From positions 76,818,001 through 76,882,000 of the forward strand of contig CM060731.1 of NCBI GenBank assembly GCA_030704615.1: 64,000 bases of DNA. Reading direction: 5' to 3'. The position numbers and the translations under genes were made by a program. The stretch comes from Takakia lepidozioides (lineage: Eukaryota; Plantae; Bryophyta). Shown here in pieces: positions 1 through 11,200 of this stretch (the first letter of the stretch is position 1; every line of letters starts with the position of its first letter). The notes under the pieces are model-generated. The model saw only the letters and a list, made by a program, of their open reading frames with translations, was not told where the DNA came from and made no database searches.

Positions 1-127
1 TATATGATGCATCTTGTAGATCCCTCATATATTGTGTTGATAACTCAGTCAGGAACTCATGGACTACAAATTCACAGAATAATTTTATAGTGCAGGAGGT
101 TTGATGATGTATGGGGACTGAATGCAG

Positions 128-1152
128 AACCGGAAGTATTGCATGCATTTCTGGCCCACATAACAGATGCGCTTGTTGTCTACATCTGCCACCAGATTGA
201 CTCAGGTGCTCAGGTATTGTAGCTATCCAGCTCTTTCTGTCCTACACCCTTGTAGTGAGAGGAGCTCTGACAAGCCTTCGGCAGGATGGACGTTTATCGA
301 AACAAGAAGTACTCCATTGAAGTCGCTGTGGTGGTCGAGAAGCACATGAACTTAAGGTGACACTTACATTTTGTGCAGATTATCCAGCTATTTGACTCAT
401 GGGCGCACCATCTATCACCCAAACAATTTTCTGAGTTCAGTTGGCCCTATGCGGAACAATTGATAAGCAAAATCAAAGTAGCACGCCCCTCTATTCCATT
501 GATATTTCATGCAAATGGAGGGACAGGCAAACTACACATAATTGCCCAGCGTCTTCATCAGGACGTTGTGGTGGGCCTGGATTGGGCCACAGAGATGCAC
601 CGAGCTAGGTCGTTGTTGGGAGACAATTCAGTTCTCCAGGTATGTTTCCACTGTTATCAAGTCTTTGTTCTCCACAATGTTTCTCTCCCTTGTCATATCT
701 TCCAAGTGGTCTTTACATAGCTTTGGTATGCTGAGATTATCACATGGTCTGGGCAGGGTTCTATTACGCAGGAATTTTCTAGGTTTGTCACATCCATTAT
801 AGGAGGGAACCAACACATCTGTCTTTGTGTGTGAGACTCTCTGTGGGTACAAATACTGACTAGAAAATTGATCCACCTGTTGCAAGGGCAGGGCAATGTT
901 GATCCAATGGTCCTGTTTGGCCCCGAGCACACAATTCGGCAAGCTGTGGACCAGTGCTTGGCAGAAGCTGGTGGAAAGCGGCATATTTTGAACGTGGGCC
1001 ATGGTGTTATTCAAGGGACCCCGGAAGAGGCTGTGAAATTTTTCTGTCAGTTGGCTAGAGAGAGCACAAATACACAGAATAGCAATGATGCAACAAGCTC
1101 TATTTTTGACAGAGTAGGGTCCCCCAACGTTGCTGAGATTCTACATGTTTAA
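128..1152 (+). CDS. HEME: Uroporphyrinogen decarboxylase, last three exons (~128-213, 379-639, 892-1152); 5' part lies outside the window
   Basis: Spliced translation gives PEVLHAFL..HQIDSGAQ|IIQLFDSWA..PLIFHANGG..VGLDW..VLQ|GNVDPMVLFG..HILNVGHGVIQGTPEE, which are UROD motifs; GT-AG introns at 214-378 and 640-891. Confidence 0.92.
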
Positions 1153-1725
1153 AGTTCACTTTTAGCTTGTCACATGTGATTGAAAATCCCCCTCATCTGG
1201 TGTGTCTTCTGAGTGCCCAAATGGTCTCATGAAACATGTGGTCGATTGAATTCTTATTCTGAGTTTGTGATAACCTCACATTGACTTTCTTTGTTAGAGT
1301 GAATTTAACACTCTGCTCTGCTGTTCATCACAGCATCAATTTGATGGGAGTGTTTACTCCAGAGTGACTTGAGCACTGTAGTATGAAGAGGTTCAGTGGC
1401 AGCCTTACGATGCATTTCAAGAGGCTTCTTGTGTGCAATACCCACTATCACGCATGAAAATGCTGCCCTCCTCTCCTCAGTATTATGCCCACCAAACGTG
1501 CACATGGGTTCCCTCTCTCCCAGCTTGGCTGACATACTCTTCAAAGGTAGCCATGCTTTTGCTTGAGCTTCACATACAGGCACATCCTCTTGAGCCAAGA
1601 TGATTCAAGTCTAGCAGACATGAGTGCCCCTTGGACAGGGAGGGTTTGAAACAGGATGGCTTGCAAGACACTCCCCAAAACTCGTGCGTGTTGAAACTAT
1701 GGTTGTTTGCATGTTTCAACCATCA

Positions 1726-4308
1726 TCACCAATAATCTCCACAAGAACACACTCCATTCCTGAAATGATGAAAGCGATTAGCATCCCTTGCAACAATCTC
1801 GCGTCCAACAATCTTTGAGATGAACTTGGTGGCAGTGTGGCAATCCCCACATATACGAAGGTTCTTGACTATACGGATAGGTGTCCCAGGGAGCGTGGTG
1901 ATGAGCCCAAAAGCAATGGCCAGCTTTTCACTGTGGTGGCAGAGAGCCTGTCCCTTTCGTGGCTGATCCACATCATGTATTACAAAGCGAGTGTCAGTTA
2001 CATATCCTGCCTCCTTCATTTGCCTGGTTAATGTCTCCAACTCATTGTAGATCTCCTCTGTTTGTGGGTGTGATCTATCTTTGAAAGAAAAACTATGTAT
2101 TTTGTTATTTACCTCCACCCAGCTGCACCCTGGCTCCTTTTTCACACTTCTGTTGCCCATCACTTTCCTCACTTTTGCTACAGCATCCCACCTGCCAGCA
2201 GCAGCATATATGTTTGAAAGCAGCACATACACCCCAGTATTTTCTGGTTCCACTGTAAGGATACATTCTGCGGCACGTTCTGCTAGCTCCACATTGCCGT
2301 GAATTCTGCAGGCACCAAGCAAGGCCCCCCAAACAGACATGCCTGGTTTGGATGTCTGTTTGAAAATGAAGTCTTCTGCCTCACCCAAGAATCCGGCACG
2401 GCCCAGAATGTCAACCATACAACTAAAGTGCTTCTCGACTGGTGTGAGGCCGTGATCTCGACTCATGGAATCAAAGTAATGAGTACCTTCATGGACTAGG
2501 CCCATATGGCTACATGCTGTGAGAACACCAACGAATGTGACCTCGTTTGGTTTCACCCCTTCCTGTTGCATCTGTTCAAAGAGATGGAGAGCCTCCTTCC
2601 CAAGCCCGTGCTGGGCATATCCTACAATCATTGCAGTCCATGAGATCACATCTCGCTCGGCAATTTTGTCAAACTCTTGCTGTGCATCCAACAAACTTCC
2701 ACACTTGGCATACATGTCCACAAGGGCATTCCCCACACACACATCTGCTGCAAATCCAGATCTGATAATGTGGGCATGCACCCCCTTTCCTTCTTCCAGC
2801 GCTGCCAGGCTGGCGCATGCATTGAGGATGCTGACGAAAGTGATCTGGTCAGGCTTCATGCCTTCTTTTTGCATTCGCCGAAAGAGTGCCAAAGCCTCCT
2901 CACCATGACCTTGCTGAGTAGATCCTGTGATCATTGCAGTCCATGTGACCACATCTCGTCTCGGCCTATTCTCAAATACTTGGCGAGCATCCACCATACT
3001 CCCGCATTTGCAATACATGGTGACAAGAGCATTTCCCACTCTGACATCCGACTCAAATCCACCTTTAATGATGCTTTCATGGAGCCACTTGCCCTGTTCC
3101 AGAGCTGTTGGACTGGCACATGCGCTGAGGATGCTCATGAAGGTGACCTTGTCTGGCTTTATGCCTTCTCTTTGCATTTTCTCGAAGAGTTTCAAAGCCT
3201 CTTCACCATGACCATGCTGAGCGGATCCTATGATCATCGCATTCCATGAGATGACGTCTCGCTGAGGCATTTTATCAAACACTCGGCGTGCATCCTCCAC
3301 CCTCCCATACTTGCAATACATGGTGAGAAGGGTGGTTCCCACACGGACATCTACGTCCATCCCATCGTTGATGATGGTCGCATGGATCTGCTTGCCCTGT
3401 TCCAAGGTAACTGGGCTTGCACATGCATTGAGCAGGGTTATGAAGGTGATTTCGTTTGGCTTCACGCCTTCTTGTTGCATTTGCTGAAATAGTTGAAGAG
3501 CCTCTGCACTATGACCAAAATGAGCAGATCCTCCGATCATTGCAGTCCAGGAGATCACGTTCCGTTCAGGCATTCTGAAGAACACTCGGCGCGCTTCCAC
3601 CAAATCACCGCACTTAAGATACATATTGACAAGGGCAGTCCCCACTCGGACATCTGACTCAAATCGAGCTTTGATGATGCCAGCATGGAGCTGCTTCCCC
3701 TGCTCCAGAGCTGCTGGGCTGGCACACGCGCTGAGGATGTTCATGAAGGTGATCTCAGTTGGCTCCACATCATTCGTTTGCATTTGCTGGAAGAGTTCAA
3801 ATGCCTCTGCAACGTACCCTTGCTGAGCATATCCTGAAATCATCGCATTCCAAGAGATCACATCTCGGTTACGCATTTGGTCAAATACTTGGCGCGCATC
3901 CAGCACACTCCCACACTTCACATACATGCTAACAAGGGCGTTCCCTAGGAAGATGTCTGGTTCGAATTGACTTTGCGTGAGGTGGGCATGGACCCCCTTG
4001 CCATCTGCCAGGGCCTTCATCTTAGCACACGCCCGCAGGACGGAAGCACAGGTCTCCGAATATGCTGCAAAGCCTCGTTGTTCCATCAGACCCAAAATGT
4101 CCGCTGCCTCCTTCAATCGTCCCTTCTCGCCATCCCCACTGGTATCGATATTCCCTCGCTCTGCTCTTGTTTTTCGCCTTTGTCCTCTGCTTACGGCATT
4201 GGTGGCCATGGACATGCCGAAACTAACACCGTTTCCTTGACAGTGATTCAGATTTCTGCGGCAGGAGACGTAATACTCGATAAACTTAAAAACTTCCCCC
4301 ATTCCCAT
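1726..4308 (-). CDS. PLS-class PPR protein with E and DYW (PG-type) domains, organellar C-to-U RNA editing factor; start is either the ORF ATG or MSMATN at ~4215
   Basis: 860-aa intronless ORF with P-L-S repeats, PG box PGCSWVEV, HSEKLA, CGDCH and terminal CSCGDYW. Confidence 0.96.
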   Translation of the reverse strand: MGMGEVFKFIEYYVSCRRNLNHCQGNGVSFGMSMATNAVSRGQRRKTRAERGNIDTSGDGEKGRLKEAADILGLMEQRGFAAYSETCASVLRACAKMKALADGKGVHAHLTQSQFEPDIFLGNALVSMYVKCGSVLDARQVFDQMRNRDVISWNAMISGYAQQGYVAEAFELFQQMQTNDVEPTEITFMNILSACASPAALEQGKQLHAGIIKARFESDVRVGTALVNMYLKCGDLVEARRVFFRMPERNVISWTAMIGGSAHFGHSAEALQLFQQMQQEGVKPNEITFITLLNACASPVTLEQGKQIHATIINDGMDVDVRVGTTLLTMYCKYGRVEDARRVFDKMPQRDVISWNAMIIGSAQHGHGEEALKLFEKMQREGIKPDKVTFMSILSACASPTALEQGKWLHESIIKGGFESDVRVGNALVTMYCKCGSMVDARQVFENRPRRDVVTWTAMITGSTQQGHGEEALALFRRMQKEGMKPDQITFVSILNACASLAALEEGKGVHAHIIRSGFAADVCVGNALVDMYAKCGSLLDAQQEFDKIAERDVISWTAMIVGYAQHGLGKEALHLFEQMQQEGVKPNEVTFVGVLTACSHMGLVHEGTHYFDSMSRDHGLTPVEKHFSCMVDILGRAGFLGEAEDFIFKQTSKPGMSVWGALLGACRIHGNVELAERAAECILTVEPENTGVYVLLSNIYAAAGRWDAVAKVRKVMGNRSVKKEPGCSWVEVNNKIHSFSFKDRSHPQTEEIYNELETLTRQMKEAGYVTDTRFVIHDVDQPRKGQALCHHSEKLAIAFGLITTLPGTPIRIVKNLRICGDCHTATKFISKIVGREIVARDANRFHHFRNGVCSCGDYW

Positions 4309-4574
4309 TGCAACTAACCTTCAACTATCACATCTTGAACAAGGAAAGCGGCTGCCTGTAAAGGAGTTAACGAAATAGTGTGAGCTTGCCGCTGCCCTTG
4401 GACAAAATATACCTTGCACAGTGTGTGGCTCAAAGAACTCACATGGCAAGGAAAGCCCATAGTGCACCTCCATCTCTCATTCGCCTTTGCTCTCAAAACC
4501 CATTTACACTCTGTCCTTCTGCAGACCTGCACTTCAATTTGGAACCAGACAAGGGGCGAGTAGCCATGTGCAAT

Positions 4575-4800
4575 TGAGGGTGCTGCATCGAGGTGGACAG
4601 CCAGCTTCATACATTTGTTGTAGAGGACGAATTCTCAAATTAAGGAAATCCATGCTGAGCTGACGAGATTGTCCAGGGCAGACGAGGAAGGTTGGGTATG
4701 TGCCTGACCAGCGCTTTGTATTGCATGATGTGGGGGAGACGAAGGAGCTCTGCCACCATAGTGAGAAGCTTTTGGACTCATCAGCAGGCCCCCTGGGTAT
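4575..4800 (+). pseudogene. Degenerate E+/DYW-domain relic (further copies at ~16990-17220 and ~34795-34935)
   Basis: Translates with breaks as CCIEVDSQLHTFVVED..QIKEIHAELTRLS..GYVPDQRFVLHDV..LCHHSEK..FGLISRPPG, collinear with the DYW domain of 45596-48121. Confidence 0.85.
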
Positions 4801-5011
4801 CTCAGCCCTGACAACCACTATGTACCCCTTCCTTGTTGAATGATGCGTGCCAGTGTGCGGTGATTACTCAGGCTTTTCTCTTCCTGCTTGAAATTTTATG
4901 CTGTCCGTTGCTCATCTACTACGACCACCTTTTCTTACGATTTTTTTGTACCTGGACCCTGCGGATTTAAGATATAAGATATACACGCCCAAAACGACGA
5001 CCTGGAGCCTA

Positions 5012-5200
5012 GACGCACTAAGAGATCTGGTGGCATTCAGGTACTTCAAACTGCAAGAAAGCTGTCTGTTTTCTCATTTGCTTGGATGGCATGATTGTTC
5101 ATGCCATTCGTGTTCAGGATGTCTTTTGTGTCGACCTCAGTATTGACAGACGAAAGGAAGAGGCGAAATTGTAGTGCTGAAGGTAACATCCAAACACTTT
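5012..5200 (+). pseudogene. Chorismate synthase relic (exon ends); also at ~17437-17630
   Basis: RTKRSGGIQ followed by a GT donor at 5041, then GEIVVLKVTSK; resembles chorismate synthase RTNRSGGIQ|GGISNGEII..VAFKP. Confidence 0.6.
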
Positions 5201-5526
5201 TGTAAGCCTTTTCATGGAAAGCATGCACCTCCGCCATGGGGATGTCTACTCCAATGCCTTGAGTGCATGACTAGTTGTTTGTGTTGGCCAGGTTCAGAAG
5301 CACTTGAACAGATGCTGCTTCAAGAATTTGAGTTACACATCTTCTTTGCCGCAGTGAAGCCGTAACTTAAGCATGATCGCACACACATGATAGACCAAAA
5401 AAGTAGCAAGTAAAAAGTGGACGGCAGAACAAGGGAGATAGCAATGGTACTACATATAGTATCTCCATGGTTCCTCTTAGTTATGCAGGCTTTGGCCAGA
5501 GTCTTTCTCTCTCTCTCTCTTTCTCT

Positions 5527-5746
5527 CCGTTTATTCCGTGGAACTCTCACTGAGGTCTTCCACTATGAGGATCAGAAATGCTTGGCAGCTTGCCTCCATG
5601 AGGCCTTTATCCTTAGACAATCACTCGAATAGTTCTTATTCTTGGCTTTGGTTTTGTTTCCTCTCATGTTTTCTTCCATTTTGTCCCATAAGCTCTATGA
5701 GCTTCCCGCGGATATTATAAAGCACCATTTCATTTCATTTCATTTC
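5527..5746 (+). mobile_element. 5'-truncated 3' end of the RTEX-like LINE (family 1) with (CATTT)n tail, inserted at a (CT)n microsatellite
   Basis: Matches 12673-12890; absent from the paralogous site at ~17940. Confidence 0.9.
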
Positions 5747-6187
5747 TGAAGAGCTAATAAGACAATGTCCTCAAAGGATCCCAACTTGGGAACAAAACAT
5801 ATACATGACATCAGGGAGGATGGTATCAAGTGTTGGACAACATGACTAAACAAGATGTAGTTTCATAGAATGATGCTAGTATATGCTGTGATTCTAGTAT
5901 ATGTTGGGCACCAGTTAGGAGGCTTTCAAAAGCTATGAGCCAAATAAGGGAAAACCATCTTCCTCACATCATACTCGAATCTTGCGCCATCACAACTTTT
6001 GAAACCTAATCTGGCAACCAATATTGAGATTGTCAGGGCTCCACACTTTCAAATAGTAGGTGGCCCAACACAGTTTTCTCGTGCCCATCTGCACCTCTAG
6101 TCCTTGTACAAGGGGTGATGGTTGAGATAGAGAGGGGGCTCCTATCACTCTCTCTTAACCTGTTCTAAAAATGAAGAAAAAACTTGT

Positions 6188-7287
6188 CTAGAGACCTCCG
6201 CTAACTACCCTGATGCCAACAGTACGTGCATTAGGTGGAAGGACATGATTGTGCTGGAATGTCCATGTGCCTTGCTTCTTGTCATACATCACAACTACTT
6301 GTGGATTTGTAGAATGTGCTACGCTGCACAAAAATATGAGATTCTCATGGCTCACCCATTTCAACTGTTGGGTGAACAAGCCCAAGAAGCTAGTTCTTGC
6401 AATCTCCAGCCACTCTGCAGTCGTTGACGAAACTTTGAACTCCCACACATGGATAGTTAAGCTAGAGAAGCGAGGAAGAGCCCCAACAAGCAAAAGGCGC
6501 CCGCCACTCTCTACAAGGAATGGGTGACCATCAATGTAACCACGTCCACTACAATCAGGCATCGGTATAGCAACTTTAGTCCACACACCGCTGCAAATGT
6601 CCCAAGCCATCAAAATGTAGTTATGCAATTGTCCATAAAATAAAACAAAGAGAGTAGGGCCACATATCACACTATCTGCACAGTACCAAACAGTACCCAG
6701 TTCTGTGGGCATCTTTCCAGTCTCAGTCCAACACTCGCAAACTAAGTCGAAGATGTGTGTTCTCCAAAGTCCCCTATCGCCGCAATACTCGCATGATATG
6801 ACAATGACCTTGTAGGTGTTGGTGCATCTATCCACAATCATATTTACTCTTTGAATGTCGAAAAGCGTTGGATTGTGAGGCAGGGCTGGCGCTTGTCTAG
6901 AACTGTTGGAGAGAGGATTGTACACAATCCATGATGGTAAGGCACTAAAGCCCTCGTCCATCATGCAAATAAGCCTCCATCTGCAGCACGAACTCTGTAC
7001 CGTGAACGGAACTTGGGAAATTTGAGACCAATCTTGTGCCACGGTCGAGTTGTGGGGGTATACAACATGTAAACATCATGTTGGCTTGAGCATGTGTCAA
7101 AAGACAAGAGATAGGAGTCTTGGTGAAGAGGGAGCTGCCGACAGAGTTGTTGGAAACCAGCAGTAGATGGGATGGAATTCCACAACTTGCAAACCGACTT
7201 ACATCTCACAAGACTTCGATATGGCGACCAGGCCAACACTACCATCACTAACTCGAAAGGGAGCATGCTCCAAATCTCCTCCTCCAT
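6188..7287 (-). pseudogene. F-box gene, copy A, with a 1-bp frameshift at ~6967 (TTTT>TTT)
   Basis: Two overlapping ORFs together match the intact paralog 50367-51494; F-box motif WSMLPFELVMVVLAW..LVRCKSVCKLW. A homopolymer sequencing error cannot be excluded. Confidence 0.85.
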
Positions 7288-8217
7288 ATTGGCCAGGTGG
7301 TTTGGGCGACAAAACGACAAAACCTCCCCAACTGTGTTCTTCTTCGGATCCTCACCTTAACGGAGCTTGGGGGAAACAAAAGCTTGAGCCTCTGAGAGTC
7401 AACTTATACCCATTAGCCCGACTATTGTTGGTATCAGTTTTTTGCTATCAAAAGCCTCGCTCTTGCTTTTGCTATTCTGGTCCTTGAACCTTCTTTGCTA
7501 ACCATCCACTTCCTTTTTATTATTTGCAGCCGTGCATTGTATTTTGACTTCTTCGGTGTGTGCGGACGTATAGCTGGCTTGACTGGGTACCCGTTTCCAA
7601 CTGTATGTCTCAATGAGAGTGAGATGAGTGAGTTGCAATCCTTCAGCTCCCTCCCTTCCTTGGCACGGAAGCTGCAAATGCTTAAGCTGGAGTAGACGGC
7701 GCGACGTTGAAGCTCCAGCAGGCGGGCCCACTACCCAACCCTCTATTCCTATCTATGCTTGTAAGTGGGCCCACAATCCATCACCTCCCTCCCTTCTTTA
7801 ACTCTTGAAGCTGCTAAAGAGCATGCGGGCCTACAATCTCCAGCTTGATCCTCTAAACTACATGCGGCCCTACAATCCCCCAACTCCGTCAATCCTGAGA
7901 GCTGGGGCCGGCCTACCTCTTCCTCCCTCCACGCTTGACAGCACACTCCCACACTTCACATACATGTTAACAAGGGCGTTCCCTAGGAAGATGTCTGATT
8001 CGAATTGACTTTGCGTGCGGTGGGCATGGACCCCCTTGCCATCTGCCAGGACCTTCATCCTAGCACACGACCGCAGGAGGGAAGCACATGTCTCCGAATA
8101 AGCTGCAAAGCTTCGTTGCTCCATCAGACCCAAATGTCCGCTGCCTCCTTCAGTCGTCCCTTCTCGCACGTCGAGCTCACATCCCCATTAGTATCGATGT
8201 TCCATCGCTCTCTCTCC

Positions 8218-11200
8218 CTTCTCTCTCGTTTCTCTCGCGCGCGCGCGACAGCACGTCGGCGCTCGCGCGTCGGCGCTACGCTCACGGGCGTTGGCGCGCT
8301 AGCGCCATCTCCACCACACCATGACGTCCAAACGCCAAAGGACGGCTGCCGACGAGGTAGACTACCCGTCTCTCTCACGTCGACCTGATTCCCCTCTGCT
8401 TCTTCTTCTTGCCCCTGTCTCTCATCAAGCCTCTCCTTTGCGTCAGTACTCCACAAGGAGTGCTGATGTTCAAACGCTTCGGGACCAAATCTCCATCTTA
8501 CAAACGAAATGCATATCGGAGGAAACTCTGCAGCAAGTGCTCGCTGCCCGTGACAATGACTCGGAGGAGCGGTTGGCTTCCCTAGACAAAGACTAGGAGA
8601 CGCGGATGGCTTCCCTTAACAAAAATTAGGAAAAGTGCATGGATTCCTTGGACAAAGATTGGCAGAAGCGCATGACAGACAGATACACAAACTTGGAGAA
8701 CAATATGCGAGTTCATGACAGCGTTTTGCGGGCCTCTCTTGAGGAGTGCACTAGTAAACTTCAAGGTCTGGCGAAACATCTCAATGACAAATCCACACAT
8801 ACGCGTCTTTCAAAACTTGAAGGCGAAGTGAAGACCTTCACAGAGAAGAGCCTCCCAGATCCCCTCACAGCAAGCATCCACCTACAGGTGGAATCCCTTA
8901 GCAAAGAGTTGGAAACACACAGAACTGCGACGTCTACAATGGCTCGGGAGCTCCAAGCTCACAAGGCAGAGGCCTCCTCCTTGGCTAATATAGTTAAGGG
9001 GAGCACATCCAACAACAGTCCTCACTCTCTGGAGGAGACAGTCTCGGCTACCTTGCAAGAGGAACAACAATGGGCTTTCAAAGCCCTTAACATCAGGGTC
9101 ACTAGGAAGCTAGGGGGCCTTGCTGAAGGGGACCCTCTTGACGCTGCCACCAGCCTTATTCAGCAAAACCTTGCTCTCCCACGGGGCACGAGTGGCTCTG
9201 AAAGGGCTTGGCGTGCAGGATCTTCAAAGCACAAAGTCCTCTTCATTAGATTCAAGGACAAGGATGCTCGGGATAGAGTCCTCAGGCATAGGCCTCAATT
9301 GAGAGGTCAGGGTATGTACCTCAACGATGACTTGACCCCTTTGCAATACAACGCCATGCGGGCGCAACTCTTGCAGGTTAAGCAAGCTCGAGCTCAAGGG
9401 CACTATGTCGTGTACCGAGATGGGAGGGTAATTGTCCGGGAGCACGAACGTCGCCCCTCTAGCTCTAAATAGGGGTTGGGGCACCATGAGACCAAAGCAC
9501 GCTCACATCTACACATTGGCTCATGGAACTGTAATGGCTCGTTGTGGAGCCACCCTCAAGGGCTTCTAGATATTCTTTCCAAGTGTGATGTTCTTTTTCT
9601 TTTGGAAACTCATGCGTATGAAGGAAATGACCCCCTTTTATTCTCGGATATAGCTTTCAGTTAGTGATTCGTCCACGTACAGGTCTCAAAGGATCTGGAG
9701 GTGTGGCTTGTTACTTTGCTGACTGGCTTCTCCCACTTATCTCCTTCCCATACAAAGACCCACTGGCAAGGTACATTTGGTGTCACATCAAAGGCTACAA
9801 CATCCTGCTGGCGGGATGTTATTTTGCTCCGGCCGCATCTCCGCACAGCGGCCTACATATTCGAACAGATTCATCATATGTTCCATTGGAAGACGATATG
9901 GCCCGTCTCCGTACCCCATAAACGGACATTTTCTTGGTTGGAGATTTCAACGCCCGTACAGGATCACTACAGGCCCCCACCTTCGACCACACAGATCCTC
10001 TACACATCCAACGCTCGCATACGGAATTGGAGAGGCAAAGTGCAGATTCCTCTTGCGAAATCACAATTTACGGTCACCATCTACTCAAGTTTTGTGAAAC
10101 TAAGGGGCTGTCCATTTACAATGGAACAACCAACTTCAAATCCTCCAGCCAGTTCACTTGCCACATGTACAAGGGCCAAAGCGTGGTTGACTATCTCTTG
10201 GGGAGCCCCAACAAGTCTGATAGAATAAGCTCATTTTACATCACAAGGTACCCGGATTCTGATCACTCTTGCCTTTCCTTTGCATTTCCTTCCATCTCCC
10301 TCCCCATGAGGATCCCCTCTGCGTCTCTTCCCTTACACCCACGTATCCACTTTAATACCCATTTCTCTCACTTACACGACGCCGAGTATGAAACATACCT
10401 AGCGTCAACCCTCCCTTCCATTCTACATCTATCATCTCCTAACGACAAGGCTACACATCTTACTCAAGCCCTTTGGGACTCAGCCCTGCGATCCTTTCCC
10501 GTCACCCTTCCATCTACCTCCTCACCCTTCTCCACTCGTCGTTACGCATCATTTTATGATGAGGAATGCAAGACTGCTAGACGTCGCATCAAATTTTTAC
10601 TACTTGATACCAATTCTTCTCCAGAGTCCACTAATCTTGCTCTTAAGCACTATAAGTCCCTCATTAGATCCAAAAAGCAAGCCTACACTATCAAGTTGCA
10701 ATCTTCTTTCCTTGCTAAAATCAGATTTTCTCCTCGATCTCTTTGGTCCCTCCTTAAACCTCATAGAGATCCCCCCCCAATCACTGACATTCATGTCTGG
10801 CATGAGTATGCACAGTCTTTGTACCATTCCCCAACCCAAACTCCTTCTCCTATAACTTCTAAACCCCTTCACTTCTCTCTCTTTACTACAGCCAATGTCA
10901 GTAAGGCAATCAAGAAGCTGCAAAATGGCAGAGCGGTGGACATTTCAGGACTTCAGAGTGAATTCATCAAGCGTGGTGCAACGGGGCTTTCCAACAGAGT
11001 GGACAAAGAGCATCATCCACCCACTTTTTAAGAGTGGTGACAGGCTCGCACCGACAAACTATCGTACTATCATGGTGTCCTCATTATTTGCTAAACTGTT
11101 TGGGGCAGTAGTGGCCATGGAACTGGATGATTGGGCTGAGTACTCTCGCATTCGTGCTGAGGGACAGGCTGGTTTCCGTCGAAACCGATCCACTATTGAC

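Larger units (their letters stand above)
3901..7934. repeat. Duplicated cassette, copy A (PPR 5' end, DYW relic, chorismate-synthase relic, F-box and its promoter)
   Basis: Collinear matches to 7939-33905, 33910-35545 and (inverted) 49789-53325; the same junction ccacgc-ttga-ca(g/a)cacactccc occurs at ~7935 and ~33906. Confidence 0.9.

Noticed and set aside
1726-2130. Possible U-to-C (DYW:KP-type) editing factor
   Set aside because: Both PPR genes have a PG box, HSEKLA and terminal DYW, i.e. the conventional PG type
2081-4317. Numerous antisense ORFs over the PPR, F-box and pol genes
   Set aside because: Shadow frames of real coding sequence with no independent evidence
8218-8320. HDV-like ribozyme in the LINE 5' UTR
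   Set aside because: GC-rich and self-complementary, but I could not fit the nested double-pseudoknot consensus
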